NCBI GenBank assembly: GCA_012513575.1
Contig: JAAZBX010000002.1
Coordinates: forward strand, 33,830-97,829
Length of the DNA stretch: 64,000 nt
DNA from: Candidatus Dojkabacteria bacterium
Lineage (GTDB): Bacteria; Patescibacteriota; Dojkabacteria; SC72
Reading direction: 5' to 3'
The position numbers and the translations under genes are program-made. How positions within the stretch are numbered: the first letter of the stretch is position 1; each line of letters starts with the position of its first letter. Below are positions 48,031 through 58,278 of the stretch, piece after piece. The notes below the pieces were generated by a model, which saw only the letters and a program-made list of their open reading frames with translations, was not told the DNA's origin and ran no database searches.

Positions 48031-49746
48031 ATGCAGGAAGGTAATCAAATTGAAGAAATTAAAGAGAGAATTGACATAGTTCAATTAATAGAAAAATATG
48101 TTAAGTTAAAACAAACAGGAAAAAATTTCTCCGGTCTCTGTCCTTTTCACAAAGAAAAAACTCCTTCTTTCATAGTTAGTCCTGATATTCAGAGATATAA
48201 ATGTTTTGGGTGTGGAAGAAGTGGAGACATTTTTAATTTTGTACAAGATATTGAAAATATTGATTTTGTTGAAGCTTTGGAGAAGCTTGCGAAGACAGCG
48301 GGTGTAGAGTTAAAAAAAAGTTCTCCAAACACAAAATTCAAAGAAATTAAAGAGGTAAATTACATTGCAACAAAATACTATTACAACCAGCTTCTAAAAA
48401 GCCCAATTGCGTTGAGCTATGTACTTAAGAGAGGAATCAACAAAGAATATATTAAAAAATTTGCGTTAGGATACGCTCCAAAGTATCCAAAATTAATTTC
48501 AGAAATTAAAAAATCTGGGAATTACAGTAAAAAGGTGTTACTTGAAAGTGGCCTATTTATTGAAAAAAATGGGATTCTAAAAGAAAAGTTTTTTGACAGG
48601 ATAATGTTTCCCATACGTTCTAAGCGTGGAGATGTGATCGCTTTTACTGCGAGGCAAAATGCTGGGAATGAGTATGGTCCAAAATACATGAACTCTCCCG
48701 AGACCCCAATCTTTCATAAATCCTACAACCTTTTTGGTCAATATGAATCCCGTCAAGAAATTAGAAAACAGGATTTGGTTATTATTTGCGAAGGATCAAC
48801 CGATGTTATCTCCGCACACCAAGTTGGAATAAAAAATATAGTTGCACCTCTTGGTACAAGTTTGACTTCACAACAACTTGAATCTTTAATCCCTTTAACC
48901 AAAAACATCCTTCTTTTCTTCGATAGCGACTCTGCAGGCAAGGCCGCCATTGTTAGAGGTTTTGAACTAGCTTCTAAACTCGAGATGAATCCTTTTGCAA
49001 CCTCACCATCCCCTTATAAAGATATTGACGAATTAATTCAAAACGAACCAAGCAAAATTTCAGAAGTTATTAACAATAAAGTTGAGGCATTCTCCTTTAT
49101 CCTCGCTGATACAATTAAAGATAGGGATTTAAACAAGCTAGAGGATATTGATAAAATCAAAAAAATAATTCTTCCCGTATTAAATTCTGTAAAAGATATT
49201 AATACAAAGTCTCTTTATATTAAAAAACTTGAAGAAATAACAGGAATCACTTATGGAAATACTAAGGAGAAGAGTAATATGAAGCTTTCTTCTCCCACCA
49301 AGAATCAAACCAACCCATTGATAGAAAGTACCGAAACGCGATATCTTCAACTTCTTTTGTTCGCAGAGAATAGAAAAGAAGAATATTTCTTAGATGAAAA
49401 ATATATTTCCGACAAAGTTCAACAAGAGATATTTTCTTTTATTACTCTAAACAGAACATTAACCAAATCAGAGTTGTTTGAGAAAATTAATACAAATATC
49501 GAGGCACAGAAAGTTCTAGAAGATATGATTTTCAATGCAAACAAACTACCCAAGGAGAGTGAACTTGAAAATGAGTTGCTTTACCTCCAGAGACTCTTGA
49601 AGGTAAAATATTACAAACAGATTCAGAAAAACTTAGTTTCGAAAATTGCTATGAGCGATGAGATTGAAGATGAAGAAGAGAAAAGCAAAGCATTAAAACA
49701 ATTACAAAAAGTAGCTAAAATTTTACAAAAACTAAAGAATGAATAA
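48031..49746 (+). CDS. dnaG: DNA primase DnaG
   Basis: CHC2 zinc finger CPFHKEKTPSF...CFGCG and a Toprim domain (IICEGSTDVIS...DSD). ATG at 48031 is preferred over the TTG-initiated ORF from 48022. Confidence 0.85.
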   Translation: MQEGNQIEEIKERIDIVQLIEKYVKLKQTGKNFSGLCPFHKEKTPSFIVSPDIQRYKCFGCGRSGDIFNFVQDIENIDFVEALEKLAKTAGVELKKSSPNTKFKEIKEVNYIATKYYYNQLLKSPIALSYVLKRGINKEYIKKFALGYAPKYPKLISEIKKSGNYSKKVLLESGLFIEKNGILKEKFFDRIMFPIRSKRGDVIAFTARQNAGNEYGPKYMNSPETPIFHKSYNLFGQYESRQEIRKQDLVIICEGSTDVISAHQVGIKNIVAPLGTSLTSQQLESLIPLTKNILLFFDSDSAGKAAIVRGFELASKLEMNPFATSPSPYKDIDELIQNEPSKISEVINNKVEAFSFILADTIKDRDLNKLEDIDKIKKIILPVLNSVKDINTKSLYIKKLEEITGITYGNTKEKSNMKLSSPTKNQTNPLIESTETRYLQLLLFAENRKEEYFLDEKYISDKVQQEIFSFITLNRTLTKSELFEKINTNIEAQKVLEDMIFNANKLPKESELENELLYLQRLLKVKYYKQIQKNLVSKIAMSDEIEDEEEKSKALKQLQKVAKILQKLKNE

Positions 49747-50668
49747 CATATCCGATTATGACTTATTCAGTTATGATTACTCCCAATATTGGCAAAAAAG
49801 AAGATACGAGCATCTATCTGAAACACACCTTCTAAACAGAATATTTAGAAAGAAAAATGGAAATTGGTTTCTAGATGTTGGGGGCTCATATGGAAGGCTC
49901 ACACCGACATATTACAATCATTATCAAAACCCTATCATCCTAGATTACTCTGCCAAAACTCTTAGAAATAATTATGAGGTTTTGGTTAATAAATATCCAG
50001 GAATTAACCTAATTGCTGCAAATGCTTACAAAATGCCATTTAAAAACAACACCTTCGATGGAGGCTTAATGGTTAGAGTACTTCATCATATTGAGAATCC
50101 TAAAGAATATTTTAAGGAATTAAAGAGAGTATTTAAGAATAATGGGAAGTATGTCCAAGAATTTGCAAACAAGATACACATTAAGGCAAGGATCAAGGCC
50201 GTAATTAAAAGAGACAAAGAGTTTTTTAATACAAACCCATATAAACAACCGACGCTAACGGCCTCTGAAGGAACAAAAAACAATATTGAGGGTATTTTCT
50301 TCAACTATCATCCCCAGCATATTAAAAACTTGCTGATTAATGAAAAATTTCTAATCGAAAAAAAATATGGTTGCTCATACTTTAGATCTCCGTTCTTTAA
50401 GAAGATTTTTAACGATGACACACTACTCTTTTTTGAAAAAATAATGCAAAGGCTATTCTCCTTTTCAAATTTTCCACCAAGTATTTTTTACGATACGATG
50501 ATCAAAAAAAGTGAAAAAGTGAAAATTGTTGGAACAACACTTGAGGACATTCTTGCTTGTCCCAAATGTAAAGGAAACATTAAGATTAAAGATAATTTGG
50601 CAAGATGTAATAAATGTAATTTGGACTTTAAGAAAGAACATAATGTTTGGGATTTTCGAATAGAATAA
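49739..50668 (+). CDS. Class I SAM-dependent methyltransferase with C-terminal Trm112-like zinc ribbon
   Basis: Motif I FLDVGGSYG and a C-terminal CPKC...CNKC pair. Overlaps dnaG by 8 nt, and rsmA overlaps it by 22 nt. Confidence 0.5.
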   Translation: MNNISDYDLFSYDYSQYWQKRRYEHLSETHLLNRIFRKKNGNWFLDVGGSYGRLTPTYYNHYQNPIILDYSAKTLRNNYEVLVNKYPGINLIAANAYKMPFKNNTFDGGLMVRVLHHIENPKEYFKELKRVFKNNGKYVQEFANKIHIKARIKAVIKRDKEFFNTNPYKQPTLTASEGTKNNIEGIFFNYHPQHIKNLLINEKFLIEKKYGCSYFRSPFFKKIFNDDTLLFFEKIMQRLFSFSNFPPSIFYDTMIKKSEKVKIVGTTLEDILACPKCKGNIKIKDNLARCNKCNLDFKKEHNVWDFRIE

Positions 50669-51444
50669 TGGAACCAAAGAGATCATTAGGACAAAATTTT
50701 TTTGTGAATCAGAATCTTGCTAAAAGAATCGCTCAAGAAGTATTTAACGAATCACCAGACCTTATAGTTGAAATTGGACCGGGTCAAGGATATTTCTCAA
50801 AGATTTTTTATGAACAGAAAGCAAAACTGCTTCTCATTGAAAAGGACGATATTTTGGCAGAAGAACTTTCTTCAGTTTTTCCTAAAGAAAGTATTATAAA
50901 CAGGGATTTTCTTGATTGGAATTTTGAAGAATTATCGATTTTTCCTAAAGATAAAATTACTTTCTTCGGTTCCCTGCCATACAATGTAAGTAAAAAAATC
51001 ATCGATAAGATTATTAATTCTGAATACTTCCGAAATCCCTGTTTCTTTATCATTCAAAAAGAAGTTGCAGAAAAATATACTTCAAGTTCACCAAATAACA
51101 ATTACTTAGCAACAAAGACATTGCTTCTTGCAAAAACAAAAAAAATCCTTGATATCTCTCCTGATTCGTTTAGACCGAAACCCAAAGTAATGAGCTCTTT
51201 AATAGGTTTTTATCCATTAAAGAAATCTTACGGGATATTTATTGAAAACAAATCTCTTGAACAGTTCGATATATTTTTACAATCGGCTTTTAAACAACCC
51301 AGAAAAAAACTTTTAAACAACCTTAAAAGATATCGTTTCAAAGAGGAGCAAAGGGAGAAAATCATGGAACTTCTCGAGAGAAGAGCTCAACACACCTCTT
51401 TGGAAGATTTCTACTTTCTTTTCTCAAATATACTGCCTTCTTAA
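50647..51444 (+). CDS. rsmA: 16S rRNA (adenine1518/1519-N6)-dimethyltransferase RsmA/KsgA
   Basis: SLGQNFFVNQNLAKRI, VEIGPGQG, and the SLPYNVS (NxxP-like) motif. Confidence 0.8.
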   Translation: MGFSNRIMEPKRSLGQNFFVNQNLAKRIAQEVFNESPDLIVEIGPGQGYFSKIFYEQKAKLLLIEKDDILAEELSSVFPKESIINRDFLDWNFEELSIFPKDKITFFGSLPYNVSKKIIDKIINSEYFRNPCFFIIQKEVAEKYTSSSPNNNYLATKTLLLAKTKKILDISPDSFRPKPKVMSSLIGFYPLKKSYGIFIENKSLEQFDIFLQSAFKQPRKKLLNNLKRYRFKEEQREKIMELLERRAQHTSLEDFYFLFSNILPS

Positions 51445-51470
51445 TATTTAATATAATGATATAATTCGTT

Positions 51471-51953
51471 ATGTCAAAAAAAACGAAGAAGGTCTCAAAA
51501 GATGAAATCGCATCTTCAAAAGAACCCAAACAACTTGATTTAGATATTAAAGAACCTTTTAAGAATAAGCTATATAAGGCTAAAAGGAATTTTGATTTTG
51601 CAGTCTTAAGACTTGAAGTAATAAAATTTCTGAAAGACCCCTTGGTATGGTCAGTCATAATTTGTGGATTTTCTTTATCGATTTTTCAGATTAATTTAAT
51701 TATGGCAAATATTGGTAAAATGCCTACTCTCGTTCCACTTCTGAAATTTTACAACTCCCCTTTGGATATTCTCTCCCCTAAAGAATTTCTATATACAATT
51801 CCTTCTCTTTGCATTTTTATCACGCTATTGACACTATTTTCGGTTTCTAGAAATTACAACAGAGAGAAATCCCTTTCAAAAATTCTTTTAATCTGCTCAT
51901 CTGCTTCCACAATTCTTTTGTCAATAATTTTAATTCAATTGATTAAAACATAA
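51471..51953 (+). CDS. Membrane hypothetical protein (3 TM)
   Basis: Three hydrophobic helices. An extended -10 (TGaTATAAT, 51457-51465) lies 5 nt upstream of the ATG. Confidence 0.35.
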   Translation: MSKKTKKVSKDEIASSKEPKQLDLDIKEPFKNKLYKAKRNFDFAVLRLEVIKFLKDPLVWSVIICGFSLSIFQINLIMANIGKMPTLVPLLKFYNSPLDILSPKEFLYTIPSLCIFITLLTLFSVSRNYNREKSLSKILLICSSASTILLSIILIQLIKT

Positions 51954-53161
51954 TGAACACCGAGGCTGGGTTTTACTTAGGGAAATTGCTTAGTTGTTTA
52001 AATCTTTCATTTTTTTCAGAAGCATGGGCAAATTATCTAAAATTTTTGCCAATTCTAATCATCGGTATCCTCTCATCCTTAATACTCACTCCTATAATTG
52101 GATATATTGCCAACAAATATGACATAACATATAAGCCAGGAGTTAAAAGGCAGGGAAGAGACTTCGACAACCAAGAAAAGGCTATTCACGAAGGGATTAC
52201 ACCATCATTGGGAGGATTGGCTATTACTATCCCCACCCTTCTCGCTATCGTTTTTTTCTTTAAAATGGACAGTACTACTATTCCAATTCTAATTTCAATT
52301 TTGATTCTAATAATTGGTTCGACACTAGATGACATATTTAATTTACCTGCAAAAGCTCAATTACTCTATCAGCTTGTTGCTGCAATAATAATTGCTTTTT
52401 CAATAATAAATCTTACAAATCTTTCAATTATCAATATTCCATTAGATGCCTTCACCTGGAATTTTAAGTTATTAGGAATACAAAACTCTTTTGTATTCCC
52501 TGGAGATCTAATTATGATTTTTTGGATTATTGTCTGCATTAATGCTTACAAATGGACTGCAGGCTCACCTGGAATAATTGAAGGCAACTCAATTATAATA
52601 TTCCTTTTAATCTTCATAATTTCCACGAGATTTAATATTCTCTTCTCTTCAACCTTAAGCATATTAATTACTGGAGGAATGATTATCTTCTTTATTTTTG
52701 CCCTACCACCACAAAAGATTATGACTGGCTCTGCTGGGAAATCAATATATGGCTTCCTAATATGTGTTCTTTCAATTTTAGCAGATGCGAAACTAACAAC
52801 ATCGTTAATACTTTTAATAATTCCACTTCTTGATTTTATTTTTGTAATAATTAAAAGGTACGTCACACACAGGCCAAAAAGCATTTCTGAATTGATGAAG
52901 ATAAATGGTCCCGACCATTTCCATCATCAATTAATTAAAATAGGTTTGACAAGAACACAGGTTGTATTAGCAGAAATTTCAATTACACTTCTTTTTGGTT
53001 CTATTGCCATTCTTACAGCTGGAGCTGTCAGATACTTTGCTGTTGTACTAGTTATAGCTCTTGCTACTGGAGTAATTGTATATACAAATATTAGGGCTTT
53101 GAAGAAAGAGAAAAAGAAAGAAATTAACAAAGAATCCCCTGAATCAAGATTCTCATATTAG
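51953..53161 (+). CDS. Glycosyltransferase family 4 (MraY/WecA-like polyprenyl-phosphate hexosamine-1-phosphate transferase)
   Basis: About 10-11 TM. A DDxxN-type cytoplasmic loop (LDDIFNLPA) and overall MraY/WecA topology. 402 aa. Confidence 0.55.
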   Translation: MNTEAGFYLGKLLSCLNLSFFSEAWANYLKFLPILIIGILSSLILTPIIGYIANKYDITYKPGVKRQGRDFDNQEKAIHEGITPSLGGLAITIPTLLAIVFFFKMDSTTIPILISILILIIGSTLDDIFNLPAKAQLLYQLVAAIIIAFSIINLTNLSIINIPLDAFTWNFKLLGIQNSFVFPGDLIMIFWIIVCINAYKWTAGSPGIIEGNSIIIFLLIFIISTRFNILFSSTLSILITGGMIIFFIFALPPQKIMTGSAGKSIYGFLICVLSILADAKLTTSLILLIIPLLDFIFVIIKRYVTHRPKSISELMKINGPDHFHHQLIKIGLTRTQVVLAEISITLLFGSIAILTAGAVRYFAVVLVIALATGVIVYTNIRALKKEKKKEINKESPESRFSY

Positions 53162-53203
53162 CAATTATTAGACAAAAGGAAGACTTCTACATATAATGTT
53201 TTT

Positions 53204-53836
53204 ATGAAAAAATTAAAAACTGCCATCTTGATATTTCTTTCTGTACTTTTCTTCTCAACCCTATTTTTCTTCTTCCCACCTAAAAAACTCATAGGTCAAC
53301 TCCCATTTCTTAATAGATTTTACAACAATACCTCCCTTGAAATTGTGACCCAGAGAGGAAAAGCAAAAATTTGGATTAATGAAAAAGACTACGGAGAAAC
53401 CCCAGTAACAGTTCAAGATCTTCCAGAAGGGAACTACTTAGTTGAAATGGAGAAAATCGCACCCGAAGATGCCTTTTACAAAAAGCACTCTTTCAATATT
53501 GAACTCACTAAGAATACAACTGCTAGGATGGATATTGAAATTGGTCCAGAAGACCTTCTTCATGGTTCAATCCTATATTACTCTCCAATGAAAACTTCTC
53601 CAGACAAGGGCTATCTGACAGTAACATGTAGCACAAATGATTCTAAAATTTATGTGAATGGGGAATTTACAAACAGGGCCAGTTTAACTAATATTGAATT
53701 AGAAAAGGGAGAACAAAAGATAAAAGTCGAAAATGATGGATACATTGGAATTGAGCTTCCTGTTAACATAAGAGAGAATTACCAGTTAAATTTAAAAATT
53801 TATCAATTACCAATTCCTATTTCTTTAGAAGACTAA
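53204..53836 (+). CDS. PEGA domain protein (signal-anchored, two PEGA repeats)
   Basis: KIWINEKDYGETPVTVQDLPEGNYLVEM and KIYVNGEFTNRASLTNIELEKGEQKIKV match the PEGA pattern. A TATAAT box lies 6 nt upstream of the ATG. Confidence 0.55.
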   Translation: MKKLKTAILIFLSVLFFSTLFFFFPPKKLIGQLPFLNRFYNNTSLEIVTQRGKAKIWINEKDYGETPVTVQDLPEGNYLVEMEKIAPEDAFYKKHSFNIELTKNTTARMDIEIGPEDLLHGSILYYSPMKTSPDKGYLTVTCSTNDSKIYVNGEFTNRASLTNIELEKGEQKIKVENDGYIGIELPVNIRENYQLNLKIYQLPIPISLED

Positions 53837-53840
53837 TATT

Positions 53841-56837
53841 ATGAATAATTTACGATTCAATAAAGTAAAAAGCAGTACACCCATTTCAATCATTGTTCAT
53901 GGGGGAAATAGAATGGGTTATTTAACCGCAAAAACATTAGTCGAACAGGGCGGTTATGTTGTAATCATTGACAAATTTAACACAGATACAAAAAAATACA
54001 TTTCAGAACTTAAGAAGTCAGATCTTGTAGATTTTTTTGACTTCAAAGGTTTTGAATCTCTATTTAAAAATATTAAGAGATTCGACTACCTGTACTACAT
54101 GCTCGAAGACAAATTAAAAGAAAACGAATTTGAAAGTAAAGATTTTCTGCTTGAAACAAAATATCTCGAATTGAGTCTTACCCAAGTCAAAAAGAACAAC
54201 GCCAAATTCTCACTCCTTACCTCCCTTGCACTAAACAGAGAACTTGCCAAAAGAACCAATTCAGATTATCTCTCAAAACCCTCGGCATACTCAAATATTG
54301 AATTGCAAAAGTATTGCGAAACAATGGTTGCAGAGTTTAAGGATAAAACTGATATTAATGCGAGAATTGTTCGAATTGGAACGTTGATAGGCAGTGGAAT
54401 TGAGAAAGTTGAGGATGAAAGCGTTCATAATTTGATTACAGAGGCGACACAAAGCTCCCAAATAACAATAAAAGGAGATGGTCTTGATATTCACAACCTT
54501 ATTCAAGAAGATGATGCAATTTACGGATTATTAAAATTGACTTTTTCGAATAATACTAAAGGCGAGGTCATTTCGCTAGCAAATAAAAACGACTATACAA
54601 CCCTGTCTATTGCTTATAAATTACTAGAACTAAATACAGAGGCTCAAAGTATAAGATTTGAGGATGATCCAGATGAGAAATATCTTATTCAAGACATTTA
54701 TGTGCCTGCTCCACATGCTAGTAAGTATGGATGGAACCCACAGATGACTCTTGAAAAAGCCCTAATTGAGCAAATACAGGTATACTACGACAATATCAAC
54801 AAATCATGGGACATATCATCTACTCAAGAGAAAGAGAGTAAAAAGACTACAACAAAAGTTACCAAAACCAAATTGGGAGAATTTATACATAAGCTTACTG
54901 AGCCGATTAGAAAAATTAAAATTCACAGAGGAAATTCACGTCTCTCAAAAAAAGGCATCCTTAAAAGCATTACTACATCTGTTCTAATTGCAGCTTTCTC
55001 ATATTTTGTAATCTACCCTATACTTGGGACTGTAATTGGGCTTTCGGTCATTAATTCTTCCATAAAGCTTCTATCTCAAAATGTCTTCAACTCAAATACT
55101 GACTCTAATAACCAACAAATCTCCAAAATAGAAAACAACCTTACTAGAATTTCTGACAGTTTTGAAAATATGGGGTGGATGTTTTCTGTCTTTGGGAAAA
55201 AATCTCTATATAACGATTTTTCAAAAGTTCTTACTGCATCACAACAATCCGTACAAGGCGGAAAGTTGCTTCTTGAAGCAACCTATCCACTTTCTATGTA
55301 TATTAAAGATTTTAAGCCAGCGATAACCTTTGATGACTCTGTTCCCTCTAATACAAGAGAATACCGTGACTATTTAGAAAAGATTGGTGAGAACAGGTAC
55401 AAACTTGAAGAGGCCTCATACAGAATTACCCTTGCAAATGAGATATTAAAAAAGATTGATATCAACTCTTTTCCCAAAATTACTCAGGAGAAGGTTATAA
55501 AAATTAAAGAGCTATCAAAAACTGCTGAATCTGCAACAAATACTTACAAAGAGACCACTGCTTTCCTCCCAGAGATATTAGGTGTTACTGAAAGGCAAAG
55601 ATATCTTGTTCTTCTTCAGAACGAATCTGAGATTAGAAGCACAGGAGGCTGGATTACAAGTTACGGAATAGTTGGCATTGAGGGCGGACAGATACGAGAA
55701 CTCTTTGTTGATGATATATATAATGCAGATGGAACATTACGTGTACAAGGAAAAAGGTATTCTCCTCCCGAATCAATGAGTAAAGCCCTTGGAATCGACG
55801 AATGGAGTTTTTCACTGGTAAACTGGAGTCCCGACCTTGCCGAAACAAGAATTGCTTCTGAACAATTTGTCTCTGACCTTGGGAAGGGCAATGATCTTGA
55901 TGGAGTAATAACAATTGACATAACTTTCTTCCAAAAACTACTCGACAAATGGGGAGGCGTTGAAGTCCCAGGAGAGGATGAAATTATTACTGGACAAAAT
56001 ATTTACGAAAAAGTTTTCCAAATGCACAGAGAATTTACTCCAGGTTCTACACAAAAAACAACTTTCCTAGCTAACTTAGCTAACGAGATAATAAAAAAAT
56101 TCCTTTCAATGGACATTGGGCAATTTGTTGAAATCGGAGATGTTCTTTTAAGCTCCCTTGACGAGAAGCATCTTCAAGTTTCTTTCAAGAACAATTCCGC
56201 ATATAACTTCTTCAACAATAGAAACTGGGCTGGTAGCCTTGACAACAAATATAATGATGCCCCAATTTCTATTGATTGGAACTGGGGAGGAAACAAGGCC
56301 AATCAATATCTTAATAAGAATTTAGCTCTCAATATTTCCATTAAAGACGAAGAGACAATAGATTTTGCCTATACATTAACAGTTGAAAATTCTTCAACAA
56401 ACAACGTTTATCCTCAAGGAGACTACATTAACTATCAGAGAATATTTATCCCCTCCGAAGCCCAAATATTAAAAGTAGTAGGTTTTGATAAAAACAAATT
56501 TTCAACTTACAAGGAAAGCGGACTGAAAGTGATAGGTGGTTGGTTTAATATCCCAGTAAAAGAGGTTGCTACATTAGAGATATCTTACCGATTGAAGAGA
56601 ACAGATTCTGGGTCACAATTTCCTCTAACAAAGCAGGATGGAACAACTTTTTTGGATTTAAATATTTTCAAACAAGCAGGCGAGAGAAAACACGCATATA
56701 AACTTGATATCGCCTATCCTCCAAGTTGGGTTCTAACCAACCCTGCTGGCTTAAATACCATTAGTAACCAACTATCTAGTAGATTTGAGCTTAATAAAGA
56801 CATGGAATATAAAATAGTTTGGAATACTCCGAACTAA
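53841..56837 (+). CDS. Fusion protein: N-terminal Rossmann/NAD-binding (epimerase-like) domain + TM + DUF4012 domain
   Basis: IIVHGGNRMGYLTAKTL (GGxxxG) in the roughly 300-aa N-terminal domain, a TM near aa 375-400, and DUF4012-like RYLVLLQNESEIRSTGGWITSYG. 998 aa. Confidence 0.5.
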   Translation: MNNLRFNKVKSSTPISIIVHGGNRMGYLTAKTLVEQGGYVVIIDKFNTDTKKYISELKKSDLVDFFDFKGFESLFKNIKRFDYLYYMLEDKLKENEFESKDFLLETKYLELSLTQVKKNNAKFSLLTSLALNRELAKRTNSDYLSKPSAYSNIELQKYCETMVAEFKDKTDINARIVRIGTLIGSGIEKVEDESVHNLITEATQSSQITIKGDGLDIHNLIQEDDAIYGLLKLTFSNNTKGEVISLANKNDYTTLSIAYKLLELNTEAQSIRFEDDPDEKYLIQDIYVPAPHASKYGWNPQMTLEKALIEQIQVYYDNINKSWDISSTQEKESKKTTTKVTKTKLGEFIHKLTEPIRKIKIHRGNSRLSKKGILKSITTSVLIAAFSYFVIYPILGTVIGLSVINSSIKLLSQNVFNSNTDSNNQQISKIENNLTRISDSFENMGWMFSVFGKKSLYNDFSKVLTASQQSVQGGKLLLEATYPLSMYIKDFKPAITFDDSVPSNTREYRDYLEKIGENRYKLEEASYRITLANEILKKIDINSFPKITQEKVIKIKELSKTAESATNTYKETTAFLPEILGVTERQRYLVLLQNESEIRSTGGWITSYGIVGIEGGQIRELFVDDIYNADGTLRVQGKRYSPPESMSKALGIDEWSFSLVNWSPDLAETRIASEQFVSDLGKGNDLDGVITIDITFFQKLLDKWGGVEVPGEDEIITGQNIYEKVFQMHREFTPGSTQKTTFLANLANEIIKKFLSMDIGQFVEIGDVLLSSLDEKHLQVSFKNNSAYNFFNNRNWAGSLDNKYNDAPISIDWNWGGNKANQYLNKNLALNISIKDEETIDFAYTLTVENSSTNNVYPQGDYINYQRIFIPSEAQILKVVGFDKNKFSTYKESGLKVIGGWFNIPVKEVATLEISYRLKRTDSGSQFPLTKQDGTTFLDLNIFKQAGERKHAYKLDIAYPPSWVLTNPAGLNTISNQLSSRFELNKDMEYKIVWNTPN

Positions 56838-57172
56838 ACTTTAATCGCTTTCTGCTTTTTTAACTCTTCATAAACATCTAAAACATCTTGTGTAGAAAAA
56901 CCCTTTTGAGGAAGAAATCTACTAATTTCACTCTCTTCCAAGTCTGTATTCAAGGGAACCCTTTGGGTTACACCAAGGGGAGATACCAAAGTAGCAATAT
57001 GCTTTGACTTACAATTATGGCAAGAAAAGTGTATAATCGTTGACATCCCAGTATTCTGGACGATATTAATATCATCAACAGTGTAAGGAGTGCCACACTT
57101 ATCACAAAATCTTGCGATTGAATCGATAAAAAATTGTTTCCTTTGTATTGTAATTGGGTCTGTACTGTCCAT
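56834..57172 (-). CDS. Small zinc-ribbon protein (C-x2-C ... C-x2-C), hypothetical
   Basis: CDKCG ... CHNCKSKH. Its stop overlaps the convergent upstream gene stop (CTAA), and its start lies 27 nt from the rpoD ATG. Confidence 0.3.
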   Translation of the reverse strand: MDSTDPITIQRKQFFIDSIARFCDKCGTPYTVDDINIVQNTGMSTIIHFSCHNCKSKHIATLVSPLGVTQRVPLNTDLEESEISRFLPQKGFSTQDVLDVYEELKKQKAIKV

Positions 57173-57198
57173 ATATAAATTATACCATATCTAAATCA

Positions 57199-58278
57199 AT
57201 GCAGAATAACGATAAAGCAATTTCTTTGTTAGTAAAAAAGGGCAAAGAGCAGGGATTCCTAACCCAGGAAGAGCTCTTGGATGTTTTCCCTACTGTTGAA
57301 GAGAACATTGATCTTCTTGATAAGATATTTGAACAGTTGCAAGAAAACGAAATCGAAGTTTTAGAGCCAGAAGAGACAATTACTGAAACGGCTAAAGAGG
57401 AATTAACGCTTGAGAAAAAGATTAAAATATTAAAATCTATTCAATCAACTCTCTCGACGGATGCTATTCGTTCCTATCTTTATGAAATTGGAAGAATCCC
57501 ACTACTTACAGGAGAGGAAGAAGTAATTCTTGCAAAGAGGATTGAAGAGGGAGACTTAGAGGCCACACAACTTCTTATTACCGCCAACTTGAGATTAGTT
57601 GTTAGTATAGCAAAAAAATATGGGAAATCTAATCTAGAGCTTCTAGACCTAATTCAAGAGGGAAATATCGGTTTAATGAGGGCTGTGGAGAAATTTGACT
57701 ACAAGAAAGGCTTTAAATTCTCAACTTATGCTACGTGGTGGATTAGACAAGCAATTACTAGAGCAATTGCAGACCAGGCAAGAACTATTCGTGTTCCCGT
57801 ACATATGATTGAAACTATAAATAAATATAATAAAGTAAACAATATTCTTGCAACAAAACTTGGAAGAGCTGCTACTGATGAGGAAGTTGCTAAAGAGATG
57901 GATATTGAGCTATCAAAAGTAGCTGAAATTAAGAAAATCAATCAAAATCCTACCTCCCTCTCAACACCAATTGGAGAGGAGAAAGACAGCAAACTCCAAG
58001 ACATAATACCTGATGATAGATCACAATCACCAGAGGACTATGCGACAGGAGAATATTTAAAGAATCAGCTTCACGAAATTCTGGACAGTCTCCAAGACAG
58101 AGAAAGACGTGTACTTGCATTAAGATTTGGGCTAGAAGATGGTGTTTCAAGAACATTGGAAGAAGTAGGAAAAGAATTCGGAGTAACTAGAGAAAGAATC
58201 AGACAAATAGAAGCAAAGGCTTTAAAGAAACTAAAGGAGAAGTCATCTCAACAAAAGCTTGATGATTACATCGATTAA
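57199..58278 (+). CDS. rpoD: RNA polymerase sigma-70 factor RpoD/SigA
   Basis: Regions 1.2 to 4: [46 protein letters not shown], and a 4.2 helix-turn-helix. ATG at 57199 is preferred; the ORF extends to 57154. Confidence 0.9.
   Translation: MQNNDKAISLLVKKGKEQGFLTQEELLDVFPTVEENIDLLDKIFEQLQENEIEVLEPEETITETAKEELTLEKKIKILKSIQSTLSTDAIRSYLYEIGRIPLLTGEEEVILAKRIEEGDLEATQLLITANLRLVVSIAKKYGKSNLELLDLIQEGNIGLMRAVEKFDYKKGFKFSTYATWWIRQAITRAIADQARTIRVPVHMIETINKYNKVNNILATKLGRAATDEEVAKEMDIELSKVAEIKKINQNPTSLSTPIGEEKDSKLQDIIPDDRSQSPEDYATGEYLKNQLHEILDSLQDRERRVLALRFGLEDGVSRTLEEVGKEFGVTRERIRQIEAKALKKLKEKSSQQKLDDYID

Noticed and set aside
57154-57198. 15-aa N-terminal extension of the rpoD ORF overlapping the zinc-ribbon ORF
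   Set aside because: The ATG at 57199 (MQNNDK...) is the more plausible start, and the extension is not conserved-looking.
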